64,000 bases of DNA from an uncultured Eubacteriales bacterium (lineage in GTDB: Bacteria; Bacillota; Clostridia; Oscillospirales; CAG-382). Positions 27,686 to 37,895 of the stretch are shown here, piece after piece (position 1 is the stretch's first letter; the number at the start of each line of letters is the position of its first letter). Under the pieces are notes generated by a model. The model ran no database searches, was not told the DNA's origin, and saw only the letters and a program-made list of their open reading frames with translations. The translations under genes were made by a program, and so were the position numbers. The DNA is taken from contig URJL01000003.1 of NCBI GenBank assembly GCA_900548115.1, forward strand, positions 4,794 through 68,793, in the 5' to 3' direction.

Positions 27686-28708
27686 TTATTCGTTTTCGGC
27701 GCGCTTTAAGCGCGAGACCAAAAGGTCTTTTTCTTTGTTTTCCATGACCCGTAAAATGCCCTCGGCAACGCAGTCGAGAGGGGCTTTGGAAATATAAACG
27801 GGAAGATGGGTCTTTTCGGAGATCAGCGTGTCCAGCCCGCAAAGCTGTGCGCCGCCGCCCGTGAGGACGATCCCGTTGTCGTATATGTCCGAGCAAAGCT
27901 CGGGCGATGTGCCCTCAAGCGTCGCCTTGATGGCGTCCACGACCGCCGCGAGCGGTTCTTCGAGCGCTTCGCGGATGTCGCTGGAATAAACATTCATGGC
28001 GGCGGGAAGCCCCGTTAAAATATTGCGGCCCCGCACCTCGGCGACACCGATGTCGGTGGTGGGATGCGCCGAGCCGATGGCGATTTTAATGTCCTCGGCG
28101 GTGCCTTCGCCGATGACGACGTTGAATTTGCGCCGAATGTGCGACACGATCGCCTCGGTACAGCGATCGCCCGCCGTGCGCAGCGAGACCGATTTTGCAA
28201 TCCCGCCGAGTGAGATGACGGCGACCTCGGTCGTTCCGCCGCCGATATCGACGACCATACAGCCGCAGGCGGCGCGGATGGGAAGTCCTGCGCCGATCGC
28301 TGCCGCCATCGGTTCTTCGATCAGCGATACCGATCCCGCACCCGCCTCGAGCGTCGCTTCCTCGACGGCTTTTCGTTCGACGTCGGTGACGCCGTAGGGA
28401 ATACAGATAATAATATTCGGACGGGAGGCAAAAATGCTGTTTCCGAGCGCCTTTCGGATAAAAACGCGAAGCATTTCGCCCGTAAGCTCGAGATCGGCGA
28501 TAACGCCGTCGCGCAGGGGACGCATGGCGCAGACATACGGCGGCGTTTTGCCGTACATGGCTTTTGCCTCGTTCCCGACCGACAAAACGCGGTTGGTTCG
28601 CGTGTCGTAGGTTACATAGGAGGGCTCGCGGATGATAATGCCGCCGTGACGGGTGCAGACCAGCGTGTTTGCCGTTCCGAGATCGATGCCGATGGTGCCG
28701 CCGCTCAT
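27686..28708 (-). CDS. mreB: rod-shape-determining actin homologue MreB/Mbl (orphan paralogue; no mreCD downstream)
   Basis: IGIDLGTANTLV, RPLRDGVIAD, VVDIGGGTTEVAVISLGG, IVLTGGGAQLCGLD. The ATG (28708-28706) overlaps the stop of the upstream giant ORF. Confidence 0.9.
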   Translation of the reverse strand: MSGGTIGIDLGTANTLVCTRHGGIIIREPSYVTYDTRTNRVLSVGNEAKAMYGKTPPYVCAMRPLRDGVIADLELTGEMLRVFIRKALGNSIFASRPNIIICIPYGVTDVERKAVEEATLEAGAGSVSLIEEPMAAAIGAGLPIRAACGCMVVDIGGGTTEVAVISLGGIAKSVSLRTAGDRCTEAIVSHIRRKFNVVIGEGTAEDIKIAIGSAHPTTDIGVAEVRGRNILTGLPAAMNVYSSDIREALEEPLAAVVDAIKATLEGTSPELCSDIYDNGIVLTGGGAQLCGLDTLISEKTHLPVYISKAPLDCVAEGILRVMENKEKDLLVSRLKRAENE

Positions 28709-31700
28709 ACCGTGCCCTCCTTGTCTTTTTCGTTTTTGTTTTCTCCTAAAAGCGCTTCGACTTCAAAGAGCAGCTTTTGCGGATCGAGATATAAAGCCGC
28801 ACTGTCCAAATGCAGAAGCGCGGGATTCTTCGAAAGATCGGGGATCAGTCCTTCCGAATCGAAACGGCAGTTCTTGCGGTTTTGCCCTTCGCCGAACACA
28901 ACGCCGCGCCCGTCTCGCAAAAGCGCACAGGGAATTTTGTGCTTCGTAAGAAGACGGCAGAATTCGACGGCGCTTGCCTCGACGTTTCTCGTCGGGCGGT
29001 ACGGGTCGTAAAGGGCGTCGATCCCCTCGGATGCCGCCGTCGAAAGCGATGCGGCAAAGAGCGCCGCGCGCGAACCGAGAAGGTCGGGATAGCGGTGCGG
29101 AGCAAAGGTCGAGACGAGAACCGCGCGTTTTGTATCCGCCCCGCAAAGTGCGGACAAAAGAGAGGCAGGCTTCTCGGCGGGAACGTCGATGTCGCCGCCC
29201 TCCGCGCCGTAAGCGGCGCCGAGCAGAACCAGATCGTAATGCCGATAAAGCTTGACTTCGGCGGGAAGAATATCGATGCGGCGTTCCTTTACCGCACGGT
29301 CGGCGGCGGGGCTTTTTTCGCAAAGAATGCGCAAAACACCCCTCAGCGCGCCGAGCTGTCCGCGGTTTGCGGCAAGAAGTGCGATTTTTTGTTCGGGGTC
29401 TTTCTCGAGTGCCTTCAGAACCTCCAGCCCCACGGTCTGTGCCTCGGGAACGTTCTTTCCGCTCTCGCGGTCAAAGCCCGAAACGGGGGAGAGAAAATGC
29501 GAAAGAGCCTCGGCACGTTTCCCGTCCGAAGGTGCGGGCGAAAAGACCGCGATGCCGCCCCGCCGCAAAAGAGCCGCCGCCGAAGCCGAAAGCTCGGTCT
29601 GCGGATCGGACAAGAAAAGCTTGTGCTTGGCATGAGGAAGAGCGGACAGGATTCTTTCGGGGGTGAGCCGTCCCGCGTCGAGCACCGCGACGGTCTCAAA
29701 GCCCGACAAAAATCCCGTGCGGGAGGGCTGTGCCGTCACAATGGGGAAGAGGGTGCGCAAAAGGTCGCCGTGACGAAGAAGAATGTCCTCGGCGCAAACG
29801 CTCTCGCGCGAAAGATCGTCCGAAAAGGCCGCGGCTTTTTCGGGATTTTCGCGAAGGTAAGCGCCCACGCGGCGGAGATACAGCTCGCGCACGGCGCGGC
29901 GGTTGTCCCGAAGACGCTTTTCGTGAAGACCGCACAGACGTGCGGCGTCACGCCCGTAATCGGGATAAGAAAGAAGCTTTTTGCCGCACAGGGCAATTTG
30001 CTTTAAAATCAGGTGTAACTGGGAGCGAAGGAAGATCGCTTCGACCCCCGCCGTCGCCGCGTGCGTTTCGAGATAATCGACGAAAACCGAAATCCCGAGC
30101 TTGCGGCAGCGCGCCGCACAGCGGTTATATTCACAGACGCGCGGAAGAATATCCGCCGCGCTCTGCCAGTCGCAGAGAAGAGCATACAGCCCGTTATCCG
30201 AAAGAATGCCGTCTTCAAAGCAGAGCGCGTAAAGATCGACGCCGAGCATTGATGCGAGACGCAAAAAACTGCTCTCATCCGAGAACATGCGGTCGAAAAG
30301 CCCCGCCGCCGAAACGACGGCTCCGGAAAGCTCTTCGTCCGAAGCAAGACGGCTTGCCGCGTCGGGCAGAGCCTTTGCCGCTTTTTTTCGCGCTTCGGTG
30401 TCGGTGCCGAAGATCTTTTTCAGCAAAACGTCGGCGTTTTTGGCAAAATCCGAAAGGGCGAAAAGCTTTTGAAAATCGGTGCCCGTTCCGTTCCAGTACC
30501 CCGCAAAATACGGTGCGACTTCGTTGCTTTCTTCGTCAAAGCGGGCGCAAAGCTCGGACAGACGGTAAAGAGAGTGCAAAACCTCGGCAGTGCCTTTTTT
30601 CGCACTGTCCGAAAATGCGGGTTCGACCGTGCGGTAGGCGTTTACGGTTTTGGTGATATCGGATCGGGACAGGTCGTGTCCGCTCGCCCACTTGTCAAAA
30701 AGATCCTTCGCGTCGAGCGAAAAGATTCCCTCGTCAAATTCGCAAAGTCCCTCTTTTTCGCGCAGAATGTCCGCCGCAAGCTCCGAAAGAGCGCAGAGTT
30801 TCTGCGAGACCGCATAGACATCGCCCGCCAAAAGCTCGCCCGTTATGCCCGCGTCACAGCGCTTGAGCAAAAGGACGGAAAGTGAGAGAAGGGCGTACAG
30901 TGAGGGGAGCGAGAAAATGTCGGAGGGCACAAAGCCCATGCTTTCGGAGACCGTTCGGGCGGCGGGCAAAAATTCCTCGGCGGCAAGACGGCATTTTTCC
31001 AAAAGGTGCGCCACGGTGGGAAGCGCAAGTTCGTTCTCGGTCGTGCCGACCGAAAAAAAGGGATGTTCTTTATACGGTCGGTCGGGGAAAAGAGCGCGCG
31101 CCGCGCGGCACAGCTCATGCTGGGCTTCAAACAGCGCTTCGACCGACGCTTTGCCCATATCGGGATAGAAGATCGTTTCGGGTTCGATTCGGATCTCGCG
31201 TTCCTCTTCGGACAAATTTTCACCTGCGGCGGTGTAGGCGCGCGCGGCGTCGTAAAACGAAAAGGCAAAATCAAAGCGCTTCGCTTTGGCGTCGTGATAG
31301 GCAAAAAGACGGTCGCGCAAAAGAACGTATTCCTCCGCCTCCGCGTCGGAAAGAGTGCTCTCGTTCTTGCCTTCGACTTCGCCGCTTTCTCCGTTTTCGG
31401 CTTCGGAAAGAGCGGCGGAGGACAGCGCCGCAAGCTTTGTGCGGAGCACCTCCTTCGTCTCACAGCCGTCGTGCAGAGGGAGAACGCACTCGGAAAGCCC
31501 GCAGTCGTCAAAAGATGCTTCAAGCGCCGAGAGCGAAGACGTTTCTTCGGCGCAGATCAGCGTCGAAAAGCCGAGCCGCAGATTATTCTGCGCGGCGGCA
31601 AGCACCGCATCGGAAAAGAGCGCCGCGTCACCCGATGACAAAAGCAGATCTTCGTCGCGGCAAAGCGCGGCGGCAAGAAGAGCATCGCCGTCAAACGGTG

Positions 31701-33600
31701 AAAGAAGCGTTTCCGAAAGCTTTCGCACCGTTTCTTTGTTTGCGCGCACTCTCTCATCGGGGAGCGCGGGAGACGTTTTTTCTTCGTCGGAAAGCAGAAA
31801 AGAGGCGGTTTTGTCGGCGAGAATCTTATCGCTTTTATCGACGATATCAAAGGCGAGAACGCTGTTCCGATACGGAAAAGCGCCGATTGCCGCTTCTTTG
31901 ATAAAGGTATACCCGCTTTTTTCGCAGAGCGTTTCGAAGCAGGTCATGATGTCGGAAAAATCGTTCCCGGGCAGTCCGTAGCGCTCGAAAAACGCCCCGG
32001 CACCGAGACGCTTTACCGTCTCGCATAAAAGGCGGTTGACATACGGCACTTTCGCCGTAAAACGAAGAAAAAGACGGTTGCCCGACACGGCAAGATGAAC
32101 GGGATAAAGAGCGGCGGGCGCGAGCTTTTCGGAATAACGAAGAAAACCGCAGGCAAGATACAGTTCTTTTTCCCCGTCCTCGGTCGTGCCGAGAAGCGCT
32201 TCGGCTTCGGAGAGCTGCAGTGCGAGACTCTGCGGAACGCCGAGCGTATTTTTGCGCTCAAGCTCCGAAAGGGCGGCGCGGTAAGCGGCAATATGCCGTT
32301 CCAACTCATCTTTTTCCGCACGGTTCAGCTCCGACGTGCGGGACGGCGCGGGAAACAGAGCGCTTATGCCGTCGGAATACGGCGCGATCTTTTGAAGATC
32401 CGCAAGATCCGCCGTCCCCGCAAGGGCGTATTCGACCTCCTTTGCCGCAAGAGACGGCAGAAGGGAAAAATCGGAAAAATGAACGAAAATGCCGCCGTGT
32501 TCTTCGAACGAATAGGAAAGAAGCGGCGTTTTATCGGTGTGCGTCAGCGATTCCGCAAGGGACGAAAGCGTGTTTTTCTTGGTGTCGGGCGCTTTGCGGA
32601 GCGTTTCGAGAAACGCCTTTTCGTGCGGGGCGTCTTCGGGATACAGCCCGAAAAAGTCCGCGCCGCCCGCAAGGACCCGTCCGATATCGACGATGAAGGC
32701 GGGATTCAAGTCCCGAAGCTCCTCCTCCGCCTTGTGGCAGGCGTCGGAAAGATCCACGCTGTGTCCCGTGAAGAGGCAGGAGACATCAAAGACCGCCGCA
32801 CGGCGCGTGCCGAGAGCCGACAAAAGACGCGCGTGAGAAAGCCCGACCGCACGATCAAAAACGCCCTCTTCGGCAACGCCGCAGAAAAGATGCGGCGCTT
32901 TTCCGCCGCGAAAGGCGGCGACAATCGGCGAAAATCCGACGCGCAGAGCCGCACAGCAGAAAAGCTGTGCCATTTCAAGAGGCGACGCCATGCGGGCGCG
33001 CCCCGTGTACAGCGTTCGGATATCGTCGAAGGGCGTATTTTTGCGAAGAAAATCGCAGTCTTTTACGGAATAGATGATCGCTTCGCGCTTGAGAGAAGCG
33101 TAAAGCGCTTCGAGATCCCGAGGCGGCACTTTTTCGATGATGCGGGAGATTTCGGAATGAAACGGCGAAAGGCAAACGGCAAAATACGCGCTTGCCGCCC
33201 CGACCGGATAGGTGCGGGCAGGCAGCAGCGTGATCGGAGCGTCGCCCGAAAAGCGGACGCCGTCGATCAGCGCTTCCACGCAGATCTTGCCCGTGACGGG
33301 CGCCTTCAGATTGCGGAAAAAGTCTTTTTTCAGACGAAAGTCGGCGTTCTGAAGGTCAAAATGCAGATCGCCCTCGGTCTCGCGGAAGAAAAGCTCGCCG
33401 CCCGAAAAAACACATTTTTCCGAGAAAAAGCCCGATTTCGAGAGTCCGTATACCGAAAGCGACACGGAATGAGCCGAAAGTCCCGCAAGACCGCGTATTG
33501 TCACCGAGGAAAGAATCGGTGTGTGCAGTGCGCAAAAGCCGAGCGAATAAACGGGAGTCGCTGCGGGAATGATTTTTACGGATTCGGATTTTATCATCAT
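28705..33600 (-). CDS. very large (about 1,631 aa) protein of unknown function; DUF4011/SF1 (Upf1-like) helicase-like layout with degenerate ATPase motifs
   Basis: One uninterrupted frame (ORF 28705..33684); likely start at the ATGATG at 33600/33597. ELYLACGFLRY resembles the DUF4011 LYLxxGFLxW signature. SSGDAALF sits where Walker A is expected and VLDAGRL where DEASQ is expected. No GK[ST] occurs anywhere in the protein. The family assignment is from memory and was not searched. Confidence 0.8.
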   Translation of the reverse strand: MMIKSESVKIIPAATPVYSLGFCALHTPILSSVTIRGLAGLSAHSVSLSVYGLSKSGFFSEKCVFSGGELFFRETEGDLHFDLQNADFRLKKDFFRNLKAPVTGKICVEALIDGVRFSGDAPITLLPARTYPVGAASAYFAVCLSPFHSEISRIIEKVPPRDLEALYASLKREAIIYSVKDCDFLRKNTPFDDIRTLYTGRARMASPLEMAQLFCCAALRVGFSPIVAAFRGGKAPHLFCGVAEEGVFDRAVGLSHARLLSALGTRRAAVFDVSCLFTGHSVDLSDACHKAEEELRDLNPAFIVDIGRVLAGGADFFGLYPEDAPHEKAFLETLRKAPDTKKNTLSSLAESLTHTDKTPLLSYSFEEHGGIFVHFSDFSLLPSLAAKEVEYALAGTADLADLQKIAPYSDGISALFPAPSRTSELNRAEKDELERHIAAYRAALSELERKNTLGVPQSLALQLSEAEALLGTTEDGEKELYLACGFLRYSEKLAPAALYPVHLAVSGNRLFLRFTAKVPYVNRLLCETVKRLGAGAFFERYGLPGNDFSDIMTCFETLCEKSGYTFIKEAAIGAFPYRNSVLAFDIVDKSDKILADKTASFLLSDEEKTSPALPDERVRANKETVRKLSETLLSPFDGDALLAAALCRDEDLLLSSGDAALFSDAVLAAAQNNLRLGFSTLICAEETSSLSALEASFDDCGLSECVLPLHDGCETKEVLRTKLAALSSAALSEAENGESGEVEGKNESTLSDAEAEEYVLLRDRLFAYHDAKAKRFDFAFSFYDAARAYTAAGENLSEEEREIRIEPETIFYPDMGKASVEALFEAQHELCRAARALFPDRPYKEHPFFSVGTTENELALPTVAHLLEKCRLAAEEFLPAARTVSESMGFVPSDIFSLPSLYALLSLSVLLLKRCDAGITGELLAGDVYAVSQKLCALSELAADILREKEGLCEFDEGIFSLDAKDLFDKWASGHDLSRSDITKTVNAYRTVEPAFSDSAKKGTAEVLHSLYRLSELCARFDEESNEVAPYFAGYWNGTGTDFQKLFALSDFAKNADVLLKKIFGTDTEARKKAAKALPDAASRLASDEELSGAVVSAAGLFDRMFSDESSFLRLASMLGVDLYALCFEDGILSDNGLYALLCDWQSAADILPRVCEYNRCAARCRKLGISVFVDYLETHAATAGVEAIFLRSQLHLILKQIALCGKKLLSYPDYGRDAARLCGLHEKRLRDNRRAVRELYLRRVGAYLRENPEKAAAFSDDLSRESVCAEDILLRHGDLLRTLFPIVTAQPSRTGFLSGFETVAVLDAGRLTPERILSALPHAKHKLFLSDPQTELSASAAALLRRGGIAVFSPAPSDGKRAEALSHFLSPVSGFDRESGKNVPEAQTVGLEVLKALEKDPEQKIALLAANRGQLGALRGVLRILCEKSPAADRAVKERRIDILPAEVKLYRHYDLVLLGAAYGAEGGDIDVPAEKPASLLSALCGADTKRAVLVSTFAPHRYPDLLGSRAALFAASLSTAASEGIDALYDPYRPTRNVEASAVEFCRLLTKHKIPCALLRDGRGVVFGEGQNRKNCRFDSEGLIPDLSKNPALLHLDSAALYLDPQKLLFEVEALLGENKNEKDKEGTV

Positions 33601-33640
33601 AAACAAACTGTCCTGTTCCAAAAAATAAGAATACAAATAC

Positions 33641-33669
33641 AGTATAACAAATTTTCGGCGATATTTCAA
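33641..33669 (-). promoter_or_regulatory. sigma-70-type promoter candidate for the giant ORF-mreB operon
   Basis: On the - strand: TTGAAA (rc of 33664-33669), 17-nt spacer, TATACT (rc of 33641-33646). It lies about 40 nt upstream of the start codon. Confidence 0.45.
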
Positions 33670-33771
33670 CCTTTTTCGCGACACTTTCGCCTCTTTTTGC
33701 GAAAAGACGCGCGGGGCTTTTGCGTTTTGCCCGCGCGGCGGGAGAAATAATCCCGAAAAATGTTTTTTCTG

Positions 33772-33800
33772 TTGACAAACCGACGAGATTTTCTTATAAT
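33772..33800 (+). promoter_or_regulatory. consensus sigma-70 promoter candidate for the glucokinase gene
   Basis: TTGACA (33772-33777), 17-nt spacer, TATAAT (33795-33800). Confidence 0.55.
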
Positions 33801-33854
33801 AAAGAAGTACGCGGAAAATATTTCCGCAATTTACAAAAAAGCAAGGAGAAAGCT

Positions 33855-34811
33855 ATGTATTATATCGGTGTTGACCTCGGCGGTACCAACATTGCCATCG
33901 GTATCGTAAACGAGGAAGGTAAGATCCTGCGCAAGGGAAGCGTTCCCACCAAGGCGGACCGCGAAGCGGACGAGATCATCAAGGACATGGCGGCGCTGGC
34001 GAAGAAGCTGTGCGACGACCAAGGCATTTCGGTCGACGAAGTGGAATATGCCGGCATCGCAACGCCCGGAACGGCGGACAGCGTATCGGGCGAGGTGGTC
34101 TATGCCAACAACCTTCCGTTCCTTCATTATCCCCTCGCAAAGAAGCTGCGCGAATTCCTCGGCGTGAAGAAGGTTCTGATCGAGAATGATGCCAACGCCG
34201 CCGCCAAGGGTGAGGTTGCCTGCGGCGCGTCGAAGGGACACAAAAATTCGGTCATGATTACGCTCGGAACGGGTCTCGGCGGCGGTATCGTCATCGACAA
34301 CAAGATCTATTCGGGCTTTAACTTCTCGGGTGCGGAGCTGGGACACACCGTTATCGAATACAACGGCAGACCCTGCTCGTGCGGAAGACGCGGCTGCTGG
34401 GAGGCGTACAGCTCGGCGACGGGTCTTATCAATATGACCAAGGACAAGATGAAGGAATGCAAGGACACGATCATGTGGGAAATGTGCGGCGGCAAGCTTG
34501 AAAACGCCGGCGGCAGAACCGCTTTCGACGCCATGCGCAAGGGCGACAAGGCGGGCAAGGAAGTGGTCGATATGTATATCGCGTATCTTGCGGCGGGAAC
34601 GGTCAACATGATCAACATCTTCCAGCCCGAAGTATTGGTCATCGGCGGCGGTATCTGCAACGAGAAGGAATATCTCACGAAGCCCCTTCAGGAGATTATC
34701 GACCGCGAACAGTATTCGCGCAACAACCCCGAGGATCTGAAGACCAAGGTGCGCATTGCCGCCCTCGGAAACGACGCCGGCATTATCGGCGCCGCCATGC
34801 TCGGATTATAA
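33855..34811 (+). CDS. ROK-family glucokinase
   Basis: ORF 33720..34811; ATG 33855 behind AAGGAGA. IGVDLGGTNIA, ENDANAAAKGE, and zinc motif GHTVIEYNGRPCSCGRRGCWEAY. Confidence 0.85.
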   Translation: MYYIGVDLGGTNIAIGIVNEEGKILRKGSVPTKADREADEIIKDMAALAKKLCDDQGISVDEVEYAGIATPGTADSVSGEVVYANNLPFLHYPLAKKLREFLGVKKVLIENDANAAAKGEVACGASKGHKNSVMITLGTGLGGGIVIDNKIYSGFNFSGAELGHTVIEYNGRPCSCGRRGCWEAYSSATGLINMTKDKMKECKDTIMWEMCGGKLENAGGRTAFDAMRKGDKAGKEVVDMYIAYLAAGTVNMINIFQPEVLVIGGGICNEKEYLTKPLQEIIDREQYSRNNPEDLKTKVRIAALGNDAGIIGAAMLGL

Positions 34812-34848
34812 TTCTTGCGGCGTAAACGGCGCAAAGTGAGAAATTTAT

Positions 34849-34893
34849 CCGATGACCCCGTGAAAACGATTCGCGGGGTCATCGGCGTATTTT
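34849..34893 (+). terminator. intrinsic terminator after the glucokinase gene
   Basis: 12-bp stem CCGATGACCCCG (34849-34860) / CGGGGTCATCGG (34874-34885), then CGTATTTT. Confidence 0.7.
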
Positions 34894-34935
34894 CGATGAA
34901 TTTGTAACAAAAACCGAAAAATGAATATTTTCCTA

Positions 34936-34964
34936 TTGAAATTTGCAAAAATGTGGTGTATAAT
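34936..34964 (+). promoter_or_regulatory. sigma-70-type promoter candidate for asnS
   Basis: TTGAAA (34936-34941), 17-nt spacer, TATAAT (34959-34964). Confidence 0.5.
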
Positions 34965-35045
34965 AGTTGGGTGTTCCGAATTTGAAGGATTTTTGCATTT
35001 TTACAATTGAAAATTATTCATTTGGAAAGCGAACAGGAGAAAACC

Positions 35046-36440
<1,395 letters not shown>

Positions 36441-36481
36441 TACGCTGTTCGCGCTCCCGTTGCAAGAAGGAGTTTTGTTCC

Positions 36482-37759
36482 ATGAAGTATACGACCCTTA
36501 CAAAAGACGAGCTTTCGTCGCAGAAAAAAGCACTGGAAGAAGAATACAAAGCCCTGTGCGAAAAGCACCTTTCGCTCGACATGTCGCGCGGAAAGCCCGA
36601 AAAGCGTCAGCTTGAGCTTTCCGAGCAGATGCTCACCACCATTTCCCGCAACGAGGACTGTTATGCCGACAACGGCACCGACTGCCGAAATTACGGACTG
36701 GTGGACGGCATTGAGGACGCAAAGAAGCTTTTTGCCGATATTTTGGAAGTCCGCCCCGAAAACGTCATTGTCGGCGGAAACTCCAGCTTGAATCTGATGT
36801 ATGACGCGATGGTTCGCTGTCTTCTGTACGGCGTAAACGGCGGCAACGGTCCGTGGGTGAAAAACAAGATCAACAAATTTCTCTGTCCCGTCCCCGGTTA
36901 TGACCGCCATTTCGGTATCTGTGAATCGCTCGGAATCGAGATGATCAACATTCCCATGACCGAAAACGGCCCCGATATGGACGAGGTGGAAAAGTGGGTG
37001 AAGGATCCCGATGTGCGCGGCATTTGGTGCGTTCCGAAGTATTCCAACCCCGAAGGATACACCTATTCGGACGAGACGGTGAAACGCTTTGCGGCGCTCA
37101 CACCCGCCTCGAAGGATTTTCGTATTTTCTGGGATAACGCCTACTGCATTCACGACCTTTACGACGAGGGCGACACCCTTCTCAACATCATCGACGAATG
37201 CGAAAAGGAGGGTCATCCGAATCTTCCGTATGTGTTCATGTCGACCTCCAAAATTACATATCCCGGTTCGGGCGTTTCGGTAATGGCGTCGTCGGTCGGC
37301 AACATCGAGCATATCAAAAAGGTCATGGCGTATCAGACCATCGGACACGATAAGATGAACATGCTTCGTCATGTGAAATATTTTAAAGACGCCGACGGTA
37401 TGCGCGCTTATATGAGGAAGCACGCCGAAATTCTGCGCCCGAAATTCGAAACCGTTCTTTCGGTACTGAACGAAAACCTCGGTGAGAGCGATATTGCGGC
37501 GTGGACGAATCCGCGCGGCGGGTATTTTGTCAGCTTTAACACCCTGCCCGACTGTGCGAAGCGCACGGCGGAGCTGTGTGCAAACGCGGGCGTAAAGCTC
37601 ACGGGCGCGGGCGCGACCTTCCCGTATCGCAAGGATCCGGAGGATAAAAACATCCGAATCGCACCGTCCTTCCCGACATGCGAGGAGCTTCGCGAGGCAA
37701 TCGGCGTTTTGTGCGTTTGCACAAAGCTTGCCGCTGTCGAAAAATTGCTTCAAAAATAA
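36482..37759 (+). CDS. PLP-dependent aminotransferase (class I/II fold, aspartate-aminotransferase-like)
   Basis: 425 aa; AAGGAG RBS, 41 nt after asnS. MSRGKPEKRQLELS..., YSNPEGYTYSDE, and FMSTSKITYPGSGVS (candidate PLP lysine). Confidence 0.7.
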   Translation: MKYTTLTKDELSSQKKALEEEYKALCEKHLSLDMSRGKPEKRQLELSEQMLTTISRNEDCYADNGTDCRNYGLVDGIEDAKKLFADILEVRPENVIVGGNSSLNLMYDAMVRCLLYGVNGGNGPWVKNKINKFLCPVPGYDRHFGICESLGIEMINIPMTENGPDMDEVEKWVKDPDVRGIWCVPKYSNPEGYTYSDETVKRFAALTPASKDFRIFWDNAYCIHDLYDEGDTLLNIIDECEKEGHPNLPYVFMSTSKITYPGSGVSVMASSVGNIEHIKKVMAYQTIGHDKMNMLRHVKYFKDADGMRAYMRKHAEILRPKFETVLSVLNENLGESDIAAWTNPRGGYFVSFNTLPDCAKRTAELCANAGVKLTGAGATFPYRKDPEDKNIRIAPSFPTCEELREAIGVLCVCTKLAAVEKLLQK

Positions 37760-37767
37760 AAAAATCA

Positions 37768-37805
37768 CGCCGCAAAGCTTATTCTTTGCGGCGCGACGTG
37801 TTTTG
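37768..37805 (+). terminator. intrinsic terminator after the aminotransferase gene
   Basis: Stem GCCGCAAAG (37769-37777) / CTTTGCGGC (37784-37792), followed downstream by GTGTTTTG. Confidence 0.5.
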
Positions 37806-37895
37806 ACGATAAAAAGACCGCCTGTCGGCGCGATCGGAACGACCGAAGGGATCGGAAGGAATAAAAACACGGTACGACGAGAAAGGAAAAGAAGA

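Noticed and set aside
26577-33600. Reading the helicase-like giant plus the phosphoesterase as an anti-phage defence system.
   Set aside because: The helicase motifs appear inactive. The flanks are core housekeeping genes (glucokinase, tsaB, hpt). An mreB paralogue sits between the two genes. No nuclease, methylase, toxin or mobile-element hallmarks are nearby.
28810-33750. Several + strand ORFs (398 aa, 308 aa, 339 aa, 551 aa and others) inside the giant gene.
   Set aside because: All are Arg/Lys/Gly-rich antisense shadows. The single uninterrupted 4.9-kb - strand frame, with a promoter and coupling to mreB, explains the region.
34965-35045. T-box leader upstream of asnS.
   Set aside because: The predicted leader is only about 75 nt. 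I see no specifier-loop/T-box (AGGGUGGNACCGCG-like) sequence or terminator/antiterminator pair.
37806-37895. Purine or ZTP riboswitch upstream of purB.
   Set aside because: The approximately 90-nt region lacks the conserved purine-riboswitch junction sequences and the ZTP pseudoknot motif. Only a chance CCGCCTG string is present.
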